NCBI GenBank assembly: GCA_031386075.1
Contig: JANNCA010000264.1
Location: forward strand, 1-32,883
Source of the DNA: Oligoflexia bacterium
GTDB lineage: Bacteria > Bdellovibrionota > UBA1018
Reading direction: 5' to 3'
DNA length: 32,883 nucleotides
Every line of letters starts with the position of its first letter. The first letter of the stretch is position 1. The notes under the pieces were generated by a model. It saw nothing but the letters and a program-made list of their open reading frames with translations, was not told the DNA's origin and did not search any database. This document shows positions 16,182 to 24,221 of the stretch, one piece after another. The translations under genes were made by a program, and so were the position numbers.

Positions 16182-18922
16182 TGTGGCTTTTCCATACGCC
16201 TACGAAAGCCACAAAGGTCACCCAGGCTACAACGAATGCATTCTTGCTCTTTCTTCCCCAATAATGCGCTCCTCGGGGACGCCTGAAATTGTCCATCCAC
16301 AAAAGTCTCAGCATCGTGAATCACAAAAGTTTCGAGAATTTTCCATGCCTCACTCGGCTCGACAGTGACTAAGCTCTTCGAATCGGCGCGCGCCCGGGTA
16401 ATCGAGCCTTCCTGACTGCCGTTCCAGGTTTTAAAGAAAATGCCATTTTTTCTCCCCCCTTTTCGATCGAGCTCAATAAACTGAAGTCCAATCACGGGTT
16501 GCTTTTCATATTTTTGGAGTCCCACTGCATAAAATGGAAGCTGAAGTCGATAGCCTTTTTCTAGCATTTCACTTCCATGAGACAAAGTTCCTGAGGTTTT
16601 ATAATCCATAATAAAAAGCCCCTCAGAATGCTGATCGATTCGATCCGGCTGACCCATGATTGTAAATTTTGGATAATGGGCTCGGATCGTCAAATCGTCC
16701 AAACTCACGGGATAAGCTCCCGATCTCCCCAAATATTCAATCTCCTTTTCACAAAAAACATCGAGTACCTGAATCAGACGCGCTTTGACGTAATCTTCGA
16801 CCCTTCGGCTTTGGATGAGTCCTTTGGGTCGTTTCTTCTGCCAGGCCAGCTCGAGGGCCTCAGCGGATGTCAGCGAAAAAACAGCGGATCCCTTTTGGAC
16901 TCGATACTCAACAGAATTCATAGACTTCAACAATAGCCGTACTGCCTCGTGAAGAAGATTTCCTCGGACTTCTGGCCAAAGCTCAGTATCTGGTTCTCGA
17001 ACGTCACTCAATTTCCAACGATGAAATCCCAAAGCCTGAAAAGAGCAGCGGCTCATCCGATCCAAAGCGGTAGCTGTGAGCACAGGAACCTCGCCGTTCA
17101 AACCCAAGGGCAAAGGAGGAAGTTTAAACGCTTGGGGCTGAACCTTTCGGTCACTTCGTGTCATGGCGCCATAGCTCTTTTGAAAACGAGGATGTGCCCC
17201 ACAGATCTGGGGTACTGAAGGAAAAGGCTGATTCAGTTGACTCTCGATCTCCTTTAGAAGAGGCTGGATCGACTCTCGTTCCCTTCCATCGACTCCGTAT
17301 TCAGCATCAAAAAAGGTAACCTGATCCGATGCATGAATCCAAGCTTTCAACACCTCGAGACGTTCTTCACGAATTTGATGAGAAGACCGAACTGCAAATT
17401 CAGACGAAAGGATTTCCCGCTCACGATCCGTCAACCAATAGCTTCCTACCCCAGGGGCTTCCAACCACTGAGGCGGAAGACCCAAAATCCAAAGGTGTCG
17501 CCATGAGGTGACAGGAGCCTGCTGAAGGCGATAGATCTGAACTCCATGGCGTGCCTTAACTCGATCCACAGGCGGTGAAGTTTCCCGAATTCGGGATTGG
17601 AGTCGCTCCAACCAGAGTAAAAGAGGAGCCTTGCGTTCAGCTTGGCCCACACGATCCAAATCCTCAGAAAGGTCACCCCAAACTTCCTCCAGAAATAAAA
17701 GAATCCAAGCTGAAGAGGAATCTGATTTAAACTCGATTTTATAATTACTTTTCAAAACTTTAAGAAAGTGATCACCCACTTCCCGACAGGTCCTTCGCCC
17801 GCCCAGTTCCCGTTCCAGCTCCTGAAGACGTCGGTGAAGGTCTACAAGCAGCCCCCCCTCATAGGACTTCAGGCCACGCCTGATTCCACGAGAGTTGATT
17901 TCTTCAACCCAGATAGACACACTGTCTGCAAATTCAGATTGGCTCGAAGCGCGAGTCAACCAAGAAATGACAGTTTGCCGTTCAAATTGGCTCGCCACTA
18001 CTTCTAGAGGCAGAAGAGCCCACTTAAGAACCTCATCCCATTTCAATCGCGTGGGGTCCCTGGAGTCAGCCAAGGGAATATTTCTAAATTCCAGTGCCCT
18101 TTTTAAACTTCTTCGCACGACAGGTAAATCTGGCATCAACACGGCACATGAATCCAAAAGAAATTCAGGTTGCAATGAAATCTGCTCAGCTATTTCTTCC
18201 GCGGCATCATCCAAGGTGTGCCACTTGCTCCAAAGGATTGATGAAGGCTCCCTCTGAGCCCCACGGACAGGGATCCACGAACGAATAGCAGTCACTTGAA
18301 CCCATTGTCCCATCGAATCCCAGAACTCCCGTTCCAGACTTTCAGGATTCTGAATCGAAAGACAGACCACCTCCTGAGGTTGAGACACGGTGTGAGGCCA
18401 CCCTTGCTTCAAAACTTCAATCGAACTTCTCAACAAAAGAGGAAGGTCCAAAAAAGACGAGGCTTCAAGCCAAACCTCATAGGCTTTGGACAAAATTCGC
18501 AATTCATTTCTGAGCCCGTTCTCCCCTAGAACTTGAATCAACCGATCCTGGTAGACTTCTTCTTCTTCTGAATGAGCAAAAGCCATCCGCGCTGTTTGAA
18601 ATGCAACATCTAACCGCCGGAGAAAATTCTTTTGACGCTTGATTCGAGTCACTTCAGGCATTTGCTCGATGACTCTAGAATCGGACAAAAGAACCCTAAA
18701 AATCTCCTGCCGAGAGAATGAATTCAGAAGTCTTTCTTTTTTTATTCCGGTGAGTTTAAGAGCAATCTCCTGAAGGTTGAGAACGGCATCGCCTACAAAA
18801 CCTCGGCCTCGAGATAGAATTAAGGACTTAATATCCTCTCGAGCAAAACCGGCTCCGACACTCAACCACACCTGAGGGCGGAGCCCAGACACTTGATTTA
18901 AGATGTCTTCAATCATTTTCAA
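16178..18922 (-). CDS. addB: AddB-type helicase-dead subunit with C-terminal PD-(D/E)XK nuclease
   Basis: 914 aa with no Walker A. The C-terminus shows SRCS...PDRID...IMDYK...QLPFY...CIRCSLGDLC. The start is TTG at 18922 (TTGA overlap with the purM stop) or ATG at 18916. There is an ATGA overlap with the addA start at 16178-16181. Confidence 0.75.
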   Translation of the reverse strand: MKMIEDILNQVSGLRPQVWLSVGAGFAREDIKSLILSRGRGFVGDAVLNLQEIALKLTGIKKERLLNSFSRQEIFRVLLSDSRVIEQMPEVTRIKRQKNFLRRLDVAFQTARMAFAHSEEEEVYQDRLIQVLGENGLRNELRILSKAYEVWLEASSFLDLPLLLRSSIEVLKQGWPHTVSQPQEVVCLSIQNPESLEREFWDSMGQWVQVTAIRSWIPVRGAQREPSSILWSKWHTLDDAAEEIAEQISLQPEFLLDSCAVLMPDLPVVRRSLKRALEFRNIPLADSRDPTRLKWDEVLKWALLPLEVVASQFERQTVISWLTRASSQSEFADSVSIWVEEINSRGIRRGLKSYEGGLLVDLHRRLQELERELGGRRTCREVGDHFLKVLKSNYKIEFKSDSSSAWILLFLEEVWGDLSEDLDRVGQAERKAPLLLWLERLQSRIRETSPPVDRVKARHGVQIYRLQQAPVTSWRHLWILGLPPQWLEAPGVGSYWLTDREREILSSEFAVRSSHQIREERLEVLKAWIHASDQVTFFDAEYGVDGRERESIQPLLKEIESQLNQPFPSVPQICGAHPRFQKSYGAMTRSDRKVQPQAFKLPPLPLGLNGEVPVLTATALDRMSRCSFQALGFHRWKLSDVREPDTELWPEVRGNLLHEAVRLLLKSMNSVEYRVQKGSAVFSLTSAEALELAWQKKRPKGLIQSRRVEDYVKARLIQVLDVFCEKEIEYLGRSGAYPVSLDDLTIRAHYPKFTIMGQPDRIDQHSEGLFIMDYKTSGTLSHGSEMLEKGYRLQLPFYAVGLQKYEKQPVIGLQFIELDRKGGRKNGIFFKTWNGSQEGSITRARADSKSLVTVEPSEAWKILETFVIHDAETFVDGQFQASPRSALLGKKEQECIRCSLGDLCGFRRRMEKPQ

Positions 18923-19947
18923 TAATTCAGAGTCACTGATTTTTCACCGTTCCTGAGGATGACCTGAGAACTTAAGCCCGGGCGGCAGGGGATGACTTCG
19001 CCCAATGCCCATGCTTTTTCGCCCTTCTGTTTCAATCGTCTCAAAACAGTGGAGACATTTTTAGGTGAAACGGCCAGAACCATTCCTATTCCCAAATTAA
19101 AGGTTTGGGCCTGCTCTTCTAGGGTCAAACCCGTTTGGGCGTCAATCCACTGAAAAACAGAAGGCCTCTCTGCCTCCGAAGGCAATTGAATTTCATAACT
19201 CACTTGATCTGACATTCTGGGGACATTCAAAAAACCAGAACCAGTGATATGGGCGATTCCTTTGACTAACTTGGCCTCCAACAGGGGCTTGATGGCCGAA
19301 ACGTAAATTCGGGTCGGGGTCAGAAGTTCACGAGCCATCGCGTCTCCCTCTTCACCGTCTGCAAGCACCTTCCTTAGAAGACTAAACCCGTTGCTATGGC
19401 ATCCGCTGGACATCATTCCAACCAGGACGTCCCCTTTTTGAATTCCTTTTCTTGGCAAAACGGATGAGGCATCGACCATCCCCACCGCAAATCCCGCTAG
19501 ATCATATTCGCCTTTCGAATATAGATCTGGCATCTCCGCAGTTTCTCCCCCCACCAAGGGACAAGAGGCTTGCTTGCAGCCCTCGACAATTCCTTCTAAA
19601 ACCTGTTCTGCTACACCCGGAATGAGCTTACCAGTCGCAAAATAATCTAAAAAAAACAGAGGAGGAGCACCTACACACAAGAGGTCATTCACTGACATAG
19701 CGACCAAATCAATTCCAACCGTTCTATGCTCGTGAAGCCTAAAGGCTAGTTTGAGTTTAGTTCCCACTCCATCCGTTGAGGCTGCGATCCAACGTTTTTT
19801 GTCTAATTCAAATAGAGAGGCATATCCACCGATGGCAGACTTCACCCGGCGATTGAGAGTCGACCTCGAAAGCATTGCAATTTTTTCTACAAAATGATCT
19901 GCGACTTGACGATCCACACCTGCCTGAGCGTAACTCAATGTAGCCAT
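18919..19947 (-). CDS. purM: phosphoribosylformylglycinamidine cyclo-ligase (AIR synthetase)
   Basis: 342 aa. The N-terminus is YAQAGVD. AIRS N/C-domain motifs are present (STDGVGTKL, GGETAEMP, AHITGSG). Confidence 0.95.
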   Translation of the reverse strand: MATLSYAQAGVDRQVADHFVEKIAMLSRSTLNRRVKSAIGGYASLFELDKKRWIAASTDGVGTKLKLAFRLHEHRTVGIDLVAMSVNDLLCVGAPPLFFLDYFATGKLIPGVAEQVLEGIVEGCKQASCPLVGGETAEMPDLYSKGEYDLAGFAVGMVDASSVLPRKGIQKGDVLVGMMSSGCHSNGFSLLRKVLADGEEGDAMARELLTPTRIYVSAIKPLLEAKLVKGIAHITGSGFLNVPRMSDQVSYEIQLPSEAERPSVFQWIDAQTGLTLEEQAQTFNLGIGMVLAVSPKNVSTVLRRLKQKGEKAWALGEVIPCRPGLSSQVILRNGEKSVTLNY

Positions 19948-19984
19948 ACTTCATGTCTTCGCACATCCTGAGCATTGTCTCAAG

Positions 19985-21799
19985 TCAGACAACCTGGGCG
20001 AGATCCGTTTTTTTAAACCAAACGTGTAATTCTGTACCACCACTGGATTTATTGGAAATATGCGAGTCTCCCGAGAGTTTGCGGGCCTCTTCTTGAACTA
20101 CATTTAAACCCACTCCTGCTCCGGACGTCGAAGTGTGTCCGTCTTTCGTACTGAATTCTGGTATAAAAACCAATTGCATCAGTTGATCAGAATTTTCTGG
20201 GATGGGAAGTCCTAATTTCTGAGCTTTGGCTTTCACCCGATCCAATTGAAGGCCTCTTCCATCATCGTTGAAAAATAAATGATAATAATTGTCTTTTAGT
20301 TCTAGCCTCACAGACAATTTCCCACTCTCAGGCTTCCCTTGCTCCAGTCTCTCCTCCTTTGACTCGATTCCGTGATCAGCCGCATTTCGGACGACATGAA
20401 CCATCGAATGAATGAGCTTTTCGTAGGGATGAACGAAAAGAGACACTGAGTCCTCCCAAAAAATAGGATCTACCTTTTTACCTAAAGTCTTTGCTGCCAA
20501 AAGCCATACATCACACAGCCATTGCAAACCCTCCGCGATCGGGCGAGCCAGGAGAGTATCTAAAGCACTTAATAAATTTTCTGCACCTTTACTTTGAGAT
20601 GCGCTTTCAGTTGCATGACTAATTAAAATCTTCACGTCATGGATTGGGAAAAAAAACCCATTTTGATCAGATTCCCTAATTTTCAGAATTGAATCGAATT
20701 TATCAATAAAATGATTGAGCTCAATCCTCATTTGTTGGATAAAAATTTCAAAATCTCCAGAGATATCGACTTGACCGGAGGCAGCCCATTTTTTTTCCCA
20801 TGAATCACAAATTTCAACTAATCCATCACACTCAAAAAAAGAAAACTCCCCTTTAACTGTATGAACAAAGCGCTTAATAGAAATTCGATCCGAGGAATCT
20901 ACGTCAGGATTTTGCCCTATTGACTCCAGAGATTGAACTACGTTTAGGAATATAAATTTAGACTGAAGTATCTTAACCAAACTTCTGCTTTCCTTCGCAG
21001 ATTTTTCAGCCCTGAGTTTCAATATTTTTATCGGAGTGACGTCTGTGACAGTAACTAAGAGACGTTTGACTGCCTTTTCTTCGTCAAAAATGGGAGCAAA
21101 ATGAATTCCCAAGCTTTTTCCACTCACCTCAGACTCCATCTTAGAGACCTGCTCGAGGAGATCTAATTTTTTTTGCTCAAAAACAAGAATCGAAATATTT
21201 TCAATCAAAGGTCGACTTAGGTTCAAGACTTCGGCAACATTTTTACCTTCAATCTCTGCACCGAGCATTTGAGAAGCCTTAAGAGAATAGCCTCCCTCAA
21301 CAACTTGTTCCGGGCCAAAAGACAAAAACCCTTGCTGCGAGCTATTGAGAATGGATTGAATTTGGTTTTTGGAAGCCTCTAAATCTGAAGTTCTGAGTTT
21401 AACTTTCAGTTCGAGTTCATCATTCGTTTTTTTGAGTTCAGTAATATCATGAAGGGTAAATATAACAATTTCACCGTTTTTCCTCGCTATTTTTCTCCCA
21501 GTCAAGTCGATATTAATTGCTCTTCCACTTTTCCTGAGGATGGTTAAATTATACTCAGAATAAACACCGTGATCATTACCTGCCTCAAACATGGCAACAA
21601 TACGATCTTTATCTTCTGGTCTAAAAATAGCAAAAAATTCCATACCCTGCATTTCAGCAGTCCTATAACCACAGCTTTTGGCAGCACTAGGATTGGACAA
21701 TACAATTCGAAGATCTCTTACCGCAGCAATAAAAACGGGCGTCAATATATTTACATACGCATCTTCAAAAAGCTTTAGGTCTAGGTCAGAATCTTCCAT
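19985..21799 (-). CDS. PAS/PAS - HPt - CheA-type HATPase sensor kinase (no CheW-like P5 domain)
   Basis: 604 aa. It has an N-terminal PAS domain (VLSNPSAAKSCGYRTAEMQGMEFFAIFRPED...) and a second PAS-like region. An HPt motif follows (FVHTVKGEFSFFECDGL). The kinase core is CheA-P4-like, with N box VVRNAADHGIE, G1 NDDGRGL and G2 SGAGVGLNVV. The ORF ends about 30 aa after G2. Confidence 0.8.
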   Translation of the reverse strand: MEDSDLDLKLFEDAYVNILTPVFIAAVRDLRIVLSNPSAAKSCGYRTAEMQGMEFFAIFRPEDKDRIVAMFEAGNDHGVYSEYNLTILRKSGRAINIDLTGRKIARKNGEIVIFTLHDITELKKTNDELELKVKLRTSDLEASKNQIQSILNSSQQGFLSFGPEQVVEGGYSLKASQMLGAEIEGKNVAEVLNLSRPLIENISILVFEQKKLDLLEQVSKMESEVSGKSLGIHFAPIFDEEKAVKRLLVTVTDVTPIKILKLRAEKSAKESRSLVKILQSKFIFLNVVQSLESIGQNPDVDSSDRISIKRFVHTVKGEFSFFECDGLVEICDSWEKKWAASGQVDISGDFEIFIQQMRIELNHFIDKFDSILKIRESDQNGFFFPIHDVKILISHATESASQSKGAENLLSALDTLLARPIAEGLQWLCDVWLLAAKTLGKKVDPIFWEDSVSLFVHPYEKLIHSMVHVVRNAADHGIESKEERLEQGKPESGKLSVRLELKDNYYHLFFNDDGRGLQLDRVKAKAQKLGLPIPENSDQLMQLVFIPEFSTKDGHTSTSGAGVGLNVVQEEARKLSGDSHISNKSSGGTELHVWFKKTDLAQVV

Positions 21800-21842
21800 C
21801 TCTGGTTATCATACTATTTCTACTTTATATAAGCGGCAAGAC

Positions 21843-23435
21843 CTAATGCTTAAAATGCCGGATACCCGTAAATACCATCGACATTCCATTTTCATTACAC
21901 GCATCAATACTTTCGGCGTCTTTTTGACTCCCCCCCGGCTGAACAATCCATCGGAGGCCAGCATCGTGGGCAGAATCAACGGTATCTCGAAACGGGAAAA
22001 AGGCATCACTCACCATGACACAGTCTCCGAGCTCCCCTTCACTCGCGCGAAGTACATTCTGAGCCCTAGGTACAGCCAAGATCTTGAGGGCGTCCACTCG
22101 ATTGGGCTGCCCCTGCCCTGCTCCCACCAGTTGTAAAGTGCCGGTTGCCAAAGGAACTTCTCGGACAATGGCAATTGCATTGGACTTCAGTGACCGGCAT
22201 ACAGCAACGCCAAATCGAGCCAACTGAGTCTTTTCTTCTGGCCATGGAATTTGAGTAACCGACTTAAAGGTCTCATGGGTACCCTGGTCAGTCGTTTGAA
22301 AAAGCCGCCCTCCCGGCACTCCAATACTCGATTCGATTGGGGTTGCCTGAAAACTTCGGATTCCAAGCGCCTTAAGTTTCTTTCTCTTTGTGGTCAGGTT
22401 TTTAAGCGCTAAAGACTCTAGATCCAATCCGGGTGCGGCGACAAGTTCCACAAAATACTGACTCAGCCACTGAGCCACCTCATCCTGAATCGGGTCAGTA
22501 AAAACCAGAACCCCTCCAAAGGCAGAAACTGGATCGCCAGCCCATGCCTGAATCAGAGCGTGTTTCTGAGCTCCAGAATGAGAGCGTGGAACTAAGGCCA
22601 CTCCGCATGGATTATTGTGTTTAACGATCACAACCCCTGTCGAGTCAGGAGCAATCTCAATCAAGTCGCTCGCTAGCGCATAGGCCGCCGACACATCAAG
22701 AATGTTATTATAGGATAATTCGGTGGATGTTAGAGAGTTCTCCCAATGGATAGGGCTCTGAAGATCAAATTCTAAATAGCCTTTTTGATGTGGATTTTCA
22801 CCATACCTTAAAACTCTCTTGCCCCGATCTCCCAACTCTCTTGCGATAGCAGCATCATAACTCAGAACTCGCTCCCAAGCTGTCGCCGCGCAAGCTTCGA
22901 CCGTTTGAGGGGCTACCTGACTGGACTTTTCTAACTCTCCAATCACCTGAGTATATTGAGCGGGAGAGGTCAGGACCAAAACGTCCGGAGAATTCTTAGC
23001 AGCCGCCCTCACGAGGGTAGGTCCACCAATGTCAACTTGCTCAATGAGTTCCTGGCGAGTGATCCCTCCCGGTTGACCGAACTGTGAAGCTGCCTTTTCG
23101 AAGGGATAAAAATTCACAACAACACAATCAATCGGTTGAAACCTCAGGTTTTCTAGGTCCGATTCATCTTGCGCATTCTTGCGCCGATATAGAATCCCGC
23201 TGCAAACGGGAAAGGAAAGGGTTTTCATTCTGCCTTGAAAGGCCTCCGGGCTTCCGGAAATCTCTTCAATTGGGACGACCTTGAGGCCGGCTTCAATCAG
23301 CACCTTCGCAGTTTGCCCGGTAGCAACAAGTTCTGCTCCGGCATTCGCAAGAGATTGGGCGAGCTCAACAATGCCTTCCTTATCTGAGACGCTCAACAAG
23401 GCGCGGCGGACCTTTAAGCCTAGAATAGAAATCAT
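21843..23435 (-). CDS. purH: bifunctional AICAR transformylase / IMP cyclohydrolase
   Basis: 530 aa. The MGS-like N-terminus reads RALLSVSDKEGIVELA. The AICARFT region reads YGENPHQ and VKHNNPCGVA. The C-terminus reads SDAFFPFRD...QPGGS. GAGG lies 7 nt upstream of the ATG. Confidence 0.95.
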   Translation of the reverse strand: MISILGLKVRRALLSVSDKEGIVELAQSLANAGAELVATGQTAKVLIEAGLKVVPIEEISGSPEAFQGRMKTLSFPVCSGILYRRKNAQDESDLENLRFQPIDCVVVNFYPFEKAASQFGQPGGITRQELIEQVDIGGPTLVRAAAKNSPDVLVLTSPAQYTQVIGELEKSSQVAPQTVEACAATAWERVLSYDAAIARELGDRGKRVLRYGENPHQKGYLEFDLQSPIHWENSLTSTELSYNNILDVSAAYALASDLIEIAPDSTGVVIVKHNNPCGVALVPRSHSGAQKHALIQAWAGDPVSAFGGVLVFTDPIQDEVAQWLSQYFVELVAAPGLDLESLALKNLTTKRKKLKALGIRSFQATPIESSIGVPGGRLFQTTDQGTHETFKSVTQIPWPEEKTQLARFGVAVCRSLKSNAIAIVREVPLATGTLQLVGAGQGQPNRVDALKILAVPRAQNVLRASEGELGDCVMVSDAFFPFRDTVDSAHDAGLRWIVQPGGSQKDAESIDACNENGMSMVFTGIRHFKH

Positions 23436-23459
23436 GATAAAACCTCATTATTTTTAAGA

Positions 23460-24221
23460 CTATTTTGCATTCGCCTCTAAAAAGGCATTTTCAAATACAG
23501 CCAATCCCTGACCCGGAGCGCTCGCTCGAGCTGACTGGGATGTCCACTCAGGATGAGAAGTCCAGCGAACAAAGGCTTCAGGATGAGGCATGAGTCCAAA
23601 AATTCGGCCTGTAACATCACAAAGTCCAGCCAAACGATCCTCACTCCCATTGGGATTGCCTTCATATCTCAGACACGTAACGCCCAATCGTTCCATTTTA
23701 TCGAAAGCTTCTGCTCGACGGCCGGAAGCAATCATGATCCTTCCCTCACCATGGCGAATGGGAAGATCCACAGTGCCAAGCCCCTTCAGCCACACACAGC
23801 GCCCCCCCGTAGGGGTCACCTTCACCCAAGTATTTAGAAATTTACCGTGATGGTTGTGAGTAATCGACACGTCTGAACCAAAAATTCCCATCCGAATCAA
23901 TGCCTGAAAGCCATTACAAATCCCAATCACTAGGCCTCCTCGAGCAGCAAAAGTCGAGAGATCCCATCCAAGACGATGCACGAGCTTCAGTGCCAATACT
24001 TTTCCAGACGTCAGGTCATCTCCGAACGAAAATCCGCCCGGCAAAGCAAGAACGGCATAATTCTTCGAAAGATCATCCAGACGAACCCCTTCATGAATCA
24101 GGTCATTCAAATGTCGAATGTCGGTATCAAATCGGGCCATCCTAAAGGCCTGGGCTGTTTCGATTTCACAGTTAATTCCGTCTCCTGTCAGAACTAAAAC
24201 TCGGGGCTTTTGAACGATCAT
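23460..24221 (-). CDS. purQ: FGAM synthase glutamine amidotransferase subunit
   Basis: The ORF track starts at TTG 24227. The ATG at 24221 forms an ATGA overlap with the purL stop. The triad motifs are ICNGFQAL (Cys) and MPHPE (His/Glu). Confidence 0.9.
   Translation of the reverse strand: MIVQKPRVLVLTGDGINCEIETAQAFRMARFDTDIRHLNDLIHEGVRLDDLSKNYAVLALPGGFSFGDDLTSGKVLALKLVHRLGWDLSTFAARGGLVIGICNGFQALIRMGIFGSDVSITHNHHGKFLNTWVKVTPTGGRCVWLKGLGTVDLPIRHGEGRIMIASGRRAEAFDKMERLGVTCLRYEGNPNGSEDRLAGLCDVTGRIFGLMPHPEAFVRWTSHPEWTSQSARASAPGQGLAVFENAFLEANAK

Noticed and set aside
13305-18922. Reading the UvrD-like helicase plus PD-(D/E)XK nuclease pair as an anti-phage defence system.
   Set aside because: The size, the order (B then A), the helicase-dead partner, the dual RecB-type nucleases and the housekeeping context (coupled to purM) fit the AddAB/RexAB recombination-repair complex. 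No other defence or mobile genes are nearby.
21800-23459. ZTP (pfl) or purine riboswitches, or other leader RNAs, upstream of purH, purM or purF.
   Set aside because: The available spacers are only 24 nt (23436-23459), 37-43 nt (kinase flanks) and 41 nt (32097-32137). These are too short for those aptamers. A weak TTGCCG-17-TAGTAT match at 21811-21839 (minus strand) would give an almost leaderless kinase mRNA, and I did not find it convincing.
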